Source of the DNA: an uncultured Trueperaceae bacterium
GTDB taxonomy: Bacteria > Deinococcota > Deinococci > Deinococcales > Trueperaceae
Assembly: GCA_963815215.1 (NCBI GenBank)
Contig: CAWFFU010000003.1
Span: 416,001-480,000 of the forward strand
Direction: 5' to 3'
DNA length: 64,000 bases
The notes under the pieces are model-generated. The model ran no database searches. It had not been told where the DNA came from and was given only the letters and a program-made list of their open reading frames with translations. This document shows, piece after piece, positions 35,654 through 44,944 of this stretch. Both the position numbers and the translations under genes were made by a program. Within the stretch, counting starts at the first letter, position 1, and the number at the start of each line of letters is the position of its first letter.

Positions 35654-37384
35654 ATGCCTAACGTCGGCCATATCGTCTCCGTGAGCGGCAACCTGCTCAC
35701 CGTCGCCTTCGAGAAGCCCGTCATCCAGAACGAGGTCGGCTACGCCGTGCTGGGCGATCTTCGCCTCAAGGCGGAACTCATCCGCGTACGCGGGCAATAC
35801 GCCGACCTCCAAGTGTTCGAGGACACCTCCGGCCTGTACGTCGGTGGGCCGGTCGAGTTCTCCGGGGAGTTGCTCACGGTAGAGCTCGGGCCGGGGCTCC
35901 TGGGCCGGATCTTCGACGGTCTTCAGAACCCGTTGCCGGAGCTGGCCGAGGCGGCCGGCTTCTTCCTGCGCCGCGGCGTCTACCTGACACCGCTCGACCG
36001 CGAGCAGCGCTGGGCGTTCACGCCGGTGGCCGAGACCGGCACCCGCATCCGTGCCGGCGACACCCTCGGCACCGTGCCCGAGAACGCCGTGACGCACCAC
36101 GTGATGGTCCCGTTCGGACTGGAGGGCCGGCTGAGCGTCGAGTGGATCGCGCCGGCGGGCGAATACCGCATCGAGGACTCCGTCGCGACCCTGGTGGACG
36201 ATCGCGGCCGTTCGCATCCGGTCACCATGGTGCAGCGCTGGCCCGTCAAGATGCCGATTCGCGCTTACCGGGAGCGACTCCGGCCGCGCGAGCCGCTGGT
36301 GACCAAGATCCGGATCCTGGACACCCTCTTCCCCGTGGCGCTGGGTGGCACCTACTGCATACCCGGACCGTTCGGCGCCGGCAAGACGGTGCTCCAACAG
36401 ATCACCAGCCGCCACGCCGAGGTCGACGTGGTCATCATCGCGGCGTGCGGAGAGCGTGCCGGCGAGGTCGTCGAGACGTTGCGTGAGTTCCCCGAGCTCG
36501 TCGATCCGCGGACGGGTCGAAGCCTGATGGAGCGCACGCTGATCGTTGTCAACACCAGCTCGATGCCGGTCGCTTCCCGAGAGGCCAGCGTCTACACGGC
36601 GGTCACGGTGGCGGAGTACTACCGCCAGATGGGCCTCAACGTGCTGCTGCTGGCCGATTCCACCTCCCGCTGGGCCCAGGCACTGCGCGAGATCTCCGGG
36701 CGCCTGGAGGAGATCCCGGGCGAGGAAGCGTTCCCCGCCTACCTCGAGTCTGTCATCGCGGCGTTCTACGAGCGCGGTGGCGTGGTCCGACTGAATGACG
36801 GCCGGACCGGCTCCGTAACCATCGGGGGTGCGGTCAGCCCCGCCGGCGGCAACTTCGAGGAACCGGTGACGCAGGCCACGCTGAAGGTGGTGGGCGCGTT
36901 CCACGGCCTCTCGCGCGAACGCTCGGACGCTCGCCGCTATCCTGCCGTCGACCCGCTCGAGAGTTGGAGCCGTTACGACGGCGTTGCCGACGGTGAGGAC
37001 GTGCGAGCGGCACGCGAGGTGCTGAAGAACGGCCGCGAGGTCGACCAGATGATGAAGGTCGTTGGCGAGGAAGGGACGGCCATCTCCGACTACGTGACCT
37101 ATCTCAAGGCCGAGTACCTCGACGCCGCCTACCTCCAGCAGGATGCCTTCCACGAGGTGGACGCGGCCAGCGGCGCTGGTCGTCAACGCCACGTGTTCAG
37201 CCGGCTGTCCAAGGTGCTGCGGACCCCGCTCGACTTCCCCGACAAGGATGCCGCGCGGCGCTTCTTCCAGGAGCTGACCCAGTTGACCAAGGAGTGGAAC
37301 CTGGTGCGGATGGACGATCCGACGTTCGAACGGCTCGAGGCACGCCTCGTCGAGAAGGTCGAGGGGGTGACGGCCCGTGCGTAA
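35654..37384 (+). CDS. ntpA: V/A-type ATPase subunit A
   Basis: [39 protein letters not shown]. Confidence 0.97.
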   Translation: MPNVGHIVSVSGNLLTVAFEKPVIQNEVGYAVLGDLRLKAELIRVRGQYADLQVFEDTSGLYVGGPVEFSGELLTVELGPGLLGRIFDGLQNPLPELAEAAGFFLRRGVYLTPLDREQRWAFTPVAETGTRIRAGDTLGTVPENAVTHHVMVPFGLEGRLSVEWIAPAGEYRIEDSVATLVDDRGRSHPVTMVQRWPVKMPIRAYRERLRPREPLVTKIRILDTLFPVALGGTYCIPGPFGAGKTVLQQITSRHAEVDVVIIAACGERAGEVVETLREFPELVDPRTGRSLMERTLIVVNTSSMPVASREASVYTAVTVAEYYRQMGLNVLLLADSTSRWAQALREISGRLEEIPGEEAFPAYLESVIAAFYERGGVVRLNDGRTGSVTIGGAVSPAGGNFEEPVTQATLKVVGAFHGLSRERSDARRYPAVDPLESWSRYDGVADGEDVRAAREVLKNGREVDQMMKVVGEEGTAISDYVTYLKAEYLDAAYLQQDAFHEVDAASGAGRQRHVFSRLSKVLRTPLDFPDKDAARRFFQELTQLTKEWNLVRMDDPTFERLEARLVEKVEGVTARA

Positions 37385-38705
37385 GGTCTACACACAGGTG
37401 GAGCGGATCGCCGGCAACGTCGTCACCGTTCGGGCCGGCGACGCCACCTACCGTGAGCTGGCGGAGGTGCGCTGGCCCGGAGGGACGTCACTCGCCCAGG
37501 TCATCAAACTCGAGGGCGATCGCGCCTCGCTGCAGGTGTTCGCAGGCAGTCGCGGCATCCCTACCGACGCACACGTCCGTTTCCTGGGCAAGCCCGTGCA
37601 GGTGCCCTTCTCCGAGGCGCTGCTGGGCCGTGTCTTCAATGGGGCGGGACGACCCCGCGACCGCAGGCCGGAGGTGGAGGCCGAACCGATCGAAGTCGGT
37701 GGGCCCTCGGTCAACCCTGCGCGGCGCATCATCCCGCGTCGCATGGTGCGCACGGGCATCCCCATGATCGACGTCTTCAACACCCTGGTCGAGAGCCAGA
37801 AGCTGCCGATCTTCGCACCGGCTGGTGAGCCCTCCAACCAGTTGCTGGCCCGCATCGCTCTCCAAGCCGAGGTCGACGTCATCGTGCTCGGAGGCATGGG
37901 GCTCAAGCACGACGACTACCTGGCGTTCCGCGAGACGCTGGACGACGCCGGCGCCAGCGTGCGGACGGTGATGTTCGTGCATACCGCGGCCGATCCGGTG
38001 GTCGAGTGTCTCCTCGTGCCCGACCTCTCGCTAGCCGTGGCCGAGCGCTTCGCTCTCGAGGGACGCCGCGTGCTCGTCCTGCTCACCGACATGACGAACT
38101 TCGCCGACGCCCTCAAGGAAGTCGCGATCACGATGGAGCAGATCCCGTCCAACCGTGGATATCCGGGCGACCTGTACAGCCAGCTCGCGGCGCGCTACGA
38201 GAAGGCGGTCGATTTCGAAGGGGCGGGCTCGATCACCATCCTGGCCGCCACGACCATGCCCGGGGACGACGTCACCCATCCCGTTCCCGACAACACGGGA
38301 TACATCACCGAAGGCCAGCTCTACCTGCGTGGCGGCCGCATCGAACCCTTCGGCAGCCTGAGCCGTCTGAAGCAGCTCGTCAACGGCCGTACGCGCGAGG
38401 ATCACAGGTCGCTGATGAACGCCATGATCCAGCTCTACGCGGGCTACCGCGAGACGTTGGAGAAGCAGGCCATGGGCTTCAGCATGAGTCGTTGGGATGA
38501 GCAGCTGCTCAAGTACGGGACCGCCTTCGAGGACCGGTTGATGAGCCTGGAGCTGCATCTTCCTCTGGAAGAGGCGCTGGACGAAGGCTGGCGCATCCTT
38601 GCCGAGTGCTTCGAACCGCCACAGACGGGGCTCCCGAGCGCGTTGATCGAGCGCTTCTGGCCCTCCGACGGCGTCACGACCGGTGACACGGAGGCGACGG
38701 CTTGA
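37377..38705 (+). CDS. ntpB: V/A-type ATPase subunit B
   Basis: [34 protein letters not shown]. Confidence 0.97.
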   Translation: MRKVYTQVERIAGNVVTVRAGDATYRELAEVRWPGGTSLAQVIKLEGDRASLQVFAGSRGIPTDAHVRFLGKPVQVPFSEALLGRVFNGAGRPRDRRPEVEAEPIEVGGPSVNPARRIIPRRMVRTGIPMIDVFNTLVESQKLPIFAPAGEPSNQLLARIALQAEVDVIVLGGMGLKHDDYLAFRETLDDAGASVRTVMFVHTAADPVVECLLVPDLSLAVAERFALEGRRVLVLLTDMTNFADALKEVAITMEQIPSNRGYPGDLYSQLAARYEKAVDFEGAGSITILAATTMPGDDVTHPVPDNTGYITEGQLYLRGGRIEPFGSLSRLKQLVNGRTREDHRSLMNAMIQLYAGYRETLEKQAMGFSMSRWDEQLLKYGTAFEDRLMSLELHLPLEEALDEGWRILAECFEPPQTGLPSALIERFWPSDGVTTGDTEATA

Positions 38706-39307
38706 GCCACGTACGCGCCAGCAAGCAGGAGCTCAAGCGGCAACGCGACGCACTTTCGCGCTTCAAGCGCTACCTTCCCACGCTGCAGCTCAAGAAGCGC
38801 CAACTCCAGATGGAGATCCGGCGGGTCGAGGCGAGCGAGCGCAAGGCGGACGCTGAGCTCGTCGTCGCGGAGCAGGGGCTGGAGCCCTGGATCGGGCTGC
38901 TGGCCAGCGCCGTCCCGATCCTCGATCACCTCGCGATCGCCGCAGTGCGTCGGAGAACGGCCAACGTCGCCGGGATCGACGTACCTGTGTTGGAGGATCT
39001 CGAGTTCACCCGCACGCTGCCGGATCTGCACGCCACTCCGGCGTTCCTCGACGATGCCATCACGGCCTGCCAGACGCTGGCTCGCCTGCGCATGGAACGC
39101 CGGGTGCTCGCCGAGCAGCGGTTGCTGCTGGCCAACGAGCTCCGCATCACCTCTCAGCGCGTCAACCTGTTCGAGAAGGTCAAGATCCCGGAAGCGGAGC
39201 GTGCCATCCGCACCATTCGGATCGCGCTCGGCGACCAGCAGGCCGCCGAGGTCGTGCGCGCCAAGATCGCCAAGGCGAAGTCCATGGAGCAGGAGGCGGC
39301 GATGTGA
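38702..39307 (+). CDS. ntpD: V/A-type ATPase subunit D
   Basis: [22 protein letters not shown]. Confidence 0.93.
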   Translation: MSHVRASKQELKRQRDALSRFKRYLPTLQLKKRQLQMEIRRVEASERKADAELVVAEQGLEPWIGLLASAVPILDHLAIAAVRRRTANVAGIDVPVLEDLEFTRTLPDLHATPAFLDDAITACQTLARLRMERRVLAEQRLLLANELRITSQRVNLFEKVKIPEAERAIRTIRIALGDQQAAEVVRAKIAKAKSMEQEAAM

Positions 39308-41118
39308 TCGTCCCCATGAAGCAGGTCACGGTGGTGATGCTGCGGAGCCAGCACGAACGCTCCCTGGCGTTGCTGCAGGATCTGGGGACCCTCCATCTGA
39401 CCTCGGAGCAGGCGAGCGACGGCGATAGCGTGGCCGCGGCGCGCGCACGTGTCGAGGCCGCGCGCTCGGCGGTGGAGGCGCTGCGGCGCGCTGCGCCGAA
39501 GGTGGATGCCGGGGCGGCGGGCACGCACACCTCAGCCGCTGCCGCCGAGGCCGCAGTCGGCCAGGTGATGGAGCTCTCGGAGCGCTTGGAGCGGATCGAG
39601 CACGAGCGGTCGGAAGTCGAACGAGAGCTCGCGCGCGTGGCGTCGATGGGGGACTTCGATCCTCAAGCGCTCCGGGAGCTGGCTCGGCGCGGCGTTGGGG
39701 TCCGCTTGTTGCAGGCCCCGGCTCGCTGGGCCATGGAGCAGCCCCACGACGTCGTGGTCCACGATCTCGGTCGACAGGGCCGCGGCCGCGTCGTTGCGCT
39801 GGTGGGGGCCTTACCGGACCTTGCGCGAGCGCAACTCGGTGAGGGAGCGGCGGCTGCCGAGGAACTCGCCCTTCCCGTAGAGGCCCCGGCGGAGTTGCGG
39901 GCGCGCCGCGCGAGCCTGAGTTCGGAGCGGGAGCGAACGCTGTCCTCGCTTCAGGAGCTAGCGCGTCAGCGCGCCGCCATCGAGGCGTCGATCCCGTCCG
40001 CCGAAGACCGCCTGTCCTACGAGCGCGCACGCGCGGGATCGGCCCTGACGGGGCCGCTGGCGGTCGTGCGTGGGTTCTGTCCGGCGCCCAAGCTGCCGTT
40101 GGTGGAGCGGGCGGCCCAGGAGCACGGCTGGGGTCTGTTCGTGGAGGACGTCGGCGACCCGAGCGACGCTCCCACCGAGATCACGGTGCCCCGCTGGGTC
40201 CGCCCCATCCAAGCCCTGTTCTCGTTCACCGGGGTCCTCCCCGGCTACGACCAGGTCGACGTGAGCGTTCCGTTCCTGCTGTTCATGAGCCTGTTCTTCG
40301 CGATGATCGTGGGCGACGCCGGCTACGGACTGCTCTTCCTCGGGCTCACGGAGTTCGGTCGCTGGCGCATGCCGAGCGCGCCGCGGGCCATGTTCTCGCT
40401 GCTCCGCATCATGAGCGTGTGCACCATCGTGTGGGGCGTGCTGACGGGGAGCTACTTCGGTATCGCGTTGCTGCCTCACCCGTTGAAGGCCCTGCAGGTG
40501 TCGTGGTTGACGGGCCAGGATCATCTCATCCTGTTGAGCTTCCTGATCGGGGCGATCCACCTCACCGTGGCGCACGGTTGGAACGTGCTCCGATTCTTCC
40601 CCTCGCCCCGGGCGCTGGCCCAGCTCGGCTGGATCTTCACGACCTGGACCATGTTCTTCCTCGCCCGCGAGATGGTGCTGGGCGCCGGCTTCCCCCACGT
40701 CATGCTCTACGTCCTGGTGGCGGGCATCGTGCTCATCGTGCTGTTCATGACGCCTCCGAAGTCGCTCAAGTCCGAGTGGTTCAACCACGTCATGCTGCCC
40801 CTGAGCCTGGTCAGCAACTTCGTCGACCTGGTCTCCTACGTGCGCCTGTTCGCCGTGGGCGCCGCCACCTTCGCCATCGCCGAGGCGTTCAACCAGATGG
40901 CTGTCGGGAGCGGCGTGAGCGGCATCGTAGCGGGGGTGGTGGCCGCTCTGGTGCTGTTCTTCGGTCACACCCTCAACATCTTGCTCGCGACCATGGGCGT
41001 TCTCGTCCACGGCGTGCGGCTCAACATGCTGGAATTCGCCAGCCACCTCGGCATGGAGTGGACCGGCCGGCCCTACCGGCCGTTCGCTCACACCCAAGGT
41101 CCGAAGGAGGGGGCATGA
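39304..41118 (+). CDS. ntpI: V/A-type ATPase subunit I (a)
   Basis: FFAMIVGDAGYG, SYVRLFA, VHGVRLNMLEF. Confidence 0.95.
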   Translation: MIVPMKQVTVVMLRSQHERSLALLQDLGTLHLTSEQASDGDSVAAARARVEAARSAVEALRRAAPKVDAGAAGTHTSAAAAEAAVGQVMELSERLERIEHERSEVERELARVASMGDFDPQALRELARRGVGVRLLQAPARWAMEQPHDVVVHDLGRQGRGRVVALVGALPDLARAQLGEGAAAAEELALPVEAPAELRARRASLSSERERTLSSLQELARQRAAIEASIPSAEDRLSYERARAGSALTGPLAVVRGFCPAPKLPLVERAAQEHGWGLFVEDVGDPSDAPTEITVPRWVRPIQALFSFTGVLPGYDQVDVSVPFLLFMSLFFAMIVGDAGYGLLFLGLTEFGRWRMPSAPRAMFSLLRIMSVCTIVWGVLTGSYFGIALLPHPLKALQVSWLTGQDHLILLSFLIGAIHLTVAHGWNVLRFFPSPRALAQLGWIFTTWTMFFLAREMVLGAGFPHVMLYVLVAGIVLIVLFMTPPKSLKSEWFNHVMLPLSLVSNFVDLVSYVRLFAVGAATFAIAEAFNQMAVGSGVSGIVAGVVAALVLFFGHTLNILLATMGVLVHGVRLNMLEFASHLGMEWTGRPYRPFAHTQGPKEGA

Positions 41119-41143
41119 ACCCCCGTCGTGAAGGAGGAGCTTG

Positions 41144-41611
41144 ATGGATCCCGTTTTGATGGCCGCCTTGGGACGGGCGGGCGGTGCGACCGTTCTCGGC
41201 CTGGCCGCCCTCGGTTCGGCGTTCGGTACCGGTACCGCCGGCATGGCCGCGGTGGGCGCCTGGAAGCGTGCCTACGCGCAGAACAAGTCGGCGCCGTTCA
41301 TCCTGATCACGTTCGTGGGTGCGCCGCTGTCGCAGACGATCTACGGCATGATCCTCATGAATGCCGTCGTGCGCTCCGCGTCCGACGCGCTTGCCAAGCA
41401 CCTGACGGTGCCCTGGCCCGCGATGCTCGGTCTCGGCCTGTTCGGTGGGCTCGCCTTGGGCGCCTCGGCCTACATGCAGGGCCGCGTCGGCGCCGCAGCC
41501 TCCGATGCCCTCGGTGAGACCGGGCAGGGCTTCGGCAACTATCTGATGGCGATCGGCGTGGTCGAGACGGTGGCCATCTTCGTGCTGGTCTTCATCACCG
41601 CGACCCTATAG
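41144..41611 (+). CDS. ntpK: V/A-type ATPase subunit K (c), four-TM, Na+-binding signature
   Basis: PLSQTIYG, YMQG, VVETVAIF. Confidence 0.95.
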   Translation: MDPVLMAALGRAGGATVLGLAALGSAFGTGTAGMAAVGAWKRAYAQNKSAPFILITFVGAPLSQTIYGMILMNAVVRSASDALAKHLTVPWPAMLGLGLFGGLALGASAYMQGRVGAAASDALGETGQGFGNYLMAIGVVETVAIFVLVFITATL

Positions 41612-41690
41612 GCTTACGGCCCGGAGGGACCCAACGGGGCGCCGCCCGGCACGCCGCAACGGGCGGCGCCTGTCTCGTGAGGGGCGCCCC

Positions 41691-42365
41691 TCACGAGGGG
41701 AGAACGTACAGCGCCACCATGGCGAAGTGCGCGCCCCAGCCAGCGAGCACGAAGAGGTGCCACAGGCCGTGGTAGCCCATGCTGGCCGGAGCGGGATTGG
41801 GGCGTTTGAGGGCGTAGACGACGGCACCGACCGAGTACAACAGGCCGCCGGCCACGAGCAGCGCGATACCGCCCCAGGGCATGGCCCGTGCGATCGGACG
41901 GATCGCCGCCAGCGCCATCCAGCCCAGCATCAGGTAGAGGCCCGTCGAGAGCCATCGCGGGGCCCGGAACCAGAACAGCTTGAAGAGCACACCCAGAACG
42001 GCGAAGGCCCACACCGTAGTCAGCAGCGGCCAGGCCCATCCGGGCGCGTGGACACGTAGCGTCACCAGCGCGATCGGTGTGTAGCTCCCCGCGATGAGGA
42101 TGAAGATCGCTGCGTGATCGGCGCGCCGGAGCCACTCGCCCAGGGTCGGACCCGCACGGACGCCGTGGAGCAGCGTGCTGGCGCTGAACAGTGTCAGCGA
42201 AGCTACGGCGTAGATGGCGAAGCTCAGCATCCTCCACGGTTCACCGGCCGCTGCCACCACCAGGGCGACGCCACCCACCAGCGCAACCAATACGCCGACC
42301 ATGTGGGTGATGGCGTTGAACGGTTCTCTGAGGTAAGGGTGGCCGCGAACGGGATGACCTTGCAT
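41691..42365 (-). CDS. Hemolysin III / PAQR (TrhA-like) membrane protein
   Basis: EPFNAITH, ASTLLH, DHAAIF..IAGSYTP, HGLWHLFV. Confidence 0.92.
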   Translation of the reverse strand: MQGHPVRGHPYLREPFNAITHMVGVLVALVGGVALVVAAAGEPWRMLSFAIYAVASLTLFSASTLLHGVRAGPTLGEWLRRADHAAIFILIAGSYTPIALVTLRVHAPGWAWPLLTTVWAFAVLGVLFKLFWFRAPRWLSTGLYLMLGWMALAAIRPIARAMPWGGIALLVAGGLLYSVGAVVYALKRPNPAPASMGYHGLWHLFVLAGWGAHFAMVALYVLPS

Positions 42366-42443
42366 AGGTCAGTCTAGCCCCGCCGGCCGGCGTCCTGCCG
42401 ACCGTCTTCGCAATGCGGAGTCGAGTACGGTGACGACCGCGCG

Positions 42444-43481
42444 CTAGGCGGCGGCTCCCCGTGGCCTGCTGCGGAGCGCCTCGCGGAACGTCACCAAGCG
42501 ACGCCGCTTCTCGTCCCACAAGGTCAGAACGACCGTCTTGAAGCTCCCCGTAAGCGAGAGCCTCGACACCCTCTGCAGCATCGGGTTCTCGTCGTGACAG
42601 CGCTGCAGGTTGTAGTTGGGGATGCGTGGGCTGAGGTGATGGATGTGATGGAAGCCGATGTTCCCGGTGAACCACTGCAGCACCCTGGGGAGGTCGTAGT
42701 AGGAGCTGCCCTGAAGCGCCGCCAGCGTGTAATCCCACTCCGGGGTGTGCTCCCAGTAGGTGCGCTCGAACTGGTGCTGCACGTAGAACAACCAGGTGCC
42801 CACGCTGGCCGCCAAGACGATGATCGGGAGGCCGATCATCAGCACCGGCAACACGCCGATCACGAAGCTTGCGCTGCCCAGCAACGCAACGATGGCGGCG
42901 TTCGTCAACCACACCGAACGGGTCTCCCCCGTGCGCCAGCTGGCCTTCGCTCCCAAAGGCAGGCGCTGCAACACGATGAAGTTGAACGCCGGTGCGGCCC
43001 CGAACAGGAACAGCGGGTTCCGGAACACGCGGTAGACGATACGCTTCCACAACGGCGACGCCAGGTACTCGTCGACGGTCAGCGTCCACACGTCGCCGAT
43101 GCCGCGCTCCTCGAGCTCGGCGTGGTGAGCGTGATGGATGGCATGGGTCTTGCGCCAGAACTTGTAGGGAGCCAGCGTGAGAACACCACTGATCGCGCCC
43201 ACCACGTCGTTGGCTCGCTTCGACTTGAAGAAGGCGCCGTGCCCGCAATCGTGCTGGATGATGAACACCCGGACCAGGAAGCCGGCCGCAGGGATCGCCA
43301 ACAGGAGCGTGAGCCAGTAGCCCACCCCTAGCGACAGGAACATCAGTCCCACCGTCAGGAACAGGCCCCCGAAGGAGTTCGCCAACTGCCAAAGGCCACG
43401 CTTGAGGTCAGGCTGCTGGTACTTCCGTACGATCGCTTGCCAACCGGCGAACTCGGCCGAATGCGCGTTCTGCTTGGTCAT
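42444..43481 (-). CDS. desA: Membrane fatty-acid desaturase (Bacillus Des-like)
   Basis: His boxes HDCGH, HAIHH, HHIHH; YVQHQFE. Confidence 0.92.
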   Translation of the reverse strand: MTKQNAHSAEFAGWQAIVRKYQQPDLKRGLWQLANSFGGLFLTVGLMFLSLGVGYWLTLLLAIPAAGFLVRVFIIQHDCGHGAFFKSKRANDVVGAISGVLTLAPYKFWRKTHAIHHAHHAELEERGIGDVWTLTVDEYLASPLWKRIVYRVFRNPLFLFGAAPAFNFIVLQRLPLGAKASWRTGETRSVWLTNAAIVALLGSASFVIGVLPVLMIGLPIIVLAASVGTWLFYVQHQFERTYWEHTPEWDYTLAALQGSSYYDLPRVLQWFTGNIGFHHIHHLSPRIPNYNLQRCHDENPMLQRVSRLSLTGSFKTVVLTLWDEKRRRLVTFREALRSRPRGAAA

Positions 43482-43848
43482 GTGCAAGTCCCTTCGCTGG
43501 GCGCGGGGGCCACGCCGGCCACGACGTCCTCGGTGGGCTCCTGGTGGGGCGGAGCGACGATCGTCGCCCGCCGTATGCGCCCACGAGGCGCCGAGCACGA
43601 GCCCTCTCCAGCAGCGGTTGTCGAGGTGTGGTACGAGATGAGAACACCCTCTTCGGGCGATTTCCTGAGCGGACCTTGCCGAAACGTCCGATGCCTCGTC
43701 GCTGGCTTTCCCAGGAGTGCTTGCAGGTTAGCACAGTGCACTGGGGCGTCGGGTCGGGGCGGTCGGCGGGGAGCCTGCAACACAACCTGCATCACAAGAC
43801 GGCCCGGCACCCCGAAGCATCCCCGAAGCGGCCGTAGTCCGGCAGCGC

Positions 43849-43877
43849 TTGTAATCTCGGGCCACAAGGGGTATGCT
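43849..43877 (+). promoter_or_regulatory. Promoter of cold-shock gene
   Basis: TTGTAA-17 nt-TATGCT, followed by about 100 nt of relatively AT-rich 5' UTR. Confidence 0.6.
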
Positions 43878-43980
43878 TCATGGCGTTCCGAAAAAGTCGA
43901 TAAGGCTTTCTTGAAACTCGGGCATCTGCCCGGACATCAATACGCTTGACCAAGGTCAGGCCATTTAGGAGATAAGCATC

Positions 43981-44196
43981 ATGGCAACAGGTAAAGTGAA
44001 ATGGTTCAACGGCGACAAAGGGTTCGGCTTCATCGAACAGAGTGACGGTGGCAAGGATGTCTTCGTGCACTTCTCGGCGATCCAGGGCGACGGCTTCCGT
44101 AGCCTGAACGAGAACGACGAGGTGGAGTTCACGGTCGAGCAGGGCCCCAAGGGTCTGCAGGCCTCGAACGTGAAGGTCACCAAGCCCGGCTTCTAG
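43981..44196 (+). CDS. cspA: Cold-shock protein
   Basis: GKVKWFN..KGFGFI (RNP1), DVFVHFSAI (RNP2); AGGAG SD. Confidence 0.97.
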   Translation: MATGKVKWFNGDKGFGFIEQSDGGKDVFVHFSAIQGDGFRSLNENDEVEFTVEQGPKGLQASNVKVTKPGF

Positions 44197-44224
44197 ACAC
44201 CCCACCGAATCCCGTAGACCGAAC

Positions 44225-44256
44225 GATCCCCACCCGAGCTAGCTCGGGTGGGGATC
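44225..44256. terminator. Perfect 32-bp palindrome after csp
   Basis: GATCCCCACCCGAGCT/AGCTCGGGTGGGGATC. Confidence 0.65.
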
Positions 44257-44536
44257 TGCTGTTGGGGGAGGACCGACGCGGTCGCCACACCGTGGAGACC
44301 CGCGAGAAGTGCATTGTCGATGAAGAGCGCTGCGACCCCGTTCCGGCAGCGGGGGCACACGTCTCCGAGGACCCGTGGGTGTCCTTGCAGGCGCCGCCCG
44401 GCGGCGTCGGATCCGTCGCCTCTCGAACCAAACGAACGGCTCGAGCACGTGAACCGGAGCTCGGCATCCCATCGCACGACGGGCCCCCGAACATTCTCGG
44501 GAGCCCGTTCTCTCGTCCCTCACGGGACCTGTTCTG

Positions 44537-44611
44537 TGGAGCCAAAGGTCGGATTTGAACCGACGACCTGCCGATTACGAATCGGCTGCTCTACCGCTGA
44601 GCTACTTTGGC
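44537..44611 (-). tRNA. tRNA-Thr(CGT)
   Basis: GCCAAAG acceptor, GCCGA-TTCGTAA-TCGGC anticodon arm, GTTCAAATC, CCA. Confidence 0.96.
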
Positions 44612-44655
44612 GCGCCTCCGTGATGCAACCGGAGGACCGGGCGTGCGGCCCGCGG

Positions 44656-44731
44656 TGGTGGCCAGGGGCAGAATCGAACTGCCGACACTGCGATTTTCAG
44701 TCGCATGCTCTACCGACTGAGCTACCTGGCC
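44656..44731 (-). tRNA. tRNA-Phe(GAA)
   Basis: GGCCAGG acceptor, CTGAAAA loop, GTTCGATTC, CCA. Confidence 0.97.
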
Positions 44732-44772
44732 GAGAACCGGTGGCGCCCCCTTCGGGGGCGCCCTCCGGCAAG

Positions 44773-44848
44773 TGGCGGAGCGGACGGGATTTGAACCCGC
44801 GACCTTCTGCGTGACAGGCAGATATGCTAACCGCTACACTACCGCTCC
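44773..44848 (-). tRNA. tRNA-Asp(GTC)
   Basis: GGAGCGG acceptor, CTGTCAC loop, GTTCAAATC, CCA. Confidence 0.97.
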
Positions 44849-44890
44849 GCGCGGGCCCCGAGCACCTCATGTTCGCTCCGGGCGGAAGGT

Positions 44891-44920
44891 AGGATACCCG
44901 GCGCCGACGCGCACTGTCAA
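44891..44920 (-). promoter_or_regulatory. Promoter of the tRNA Asp-Phe-Thr cluster
   Basis: TTGACA-18 nt-TATCCT. Confidence 0.7.
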
Positions 44921-44944
44921 CGCCGGATCGTCCCCGTTCGGGGC

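Noticed and set aside
44257..44536. Short ORFs between csp and tRNA-Thr; possible tRNA integration scar
   Set aside because: No recognisable protein or RBS, no integrase, no duplicated tRNA 3' end
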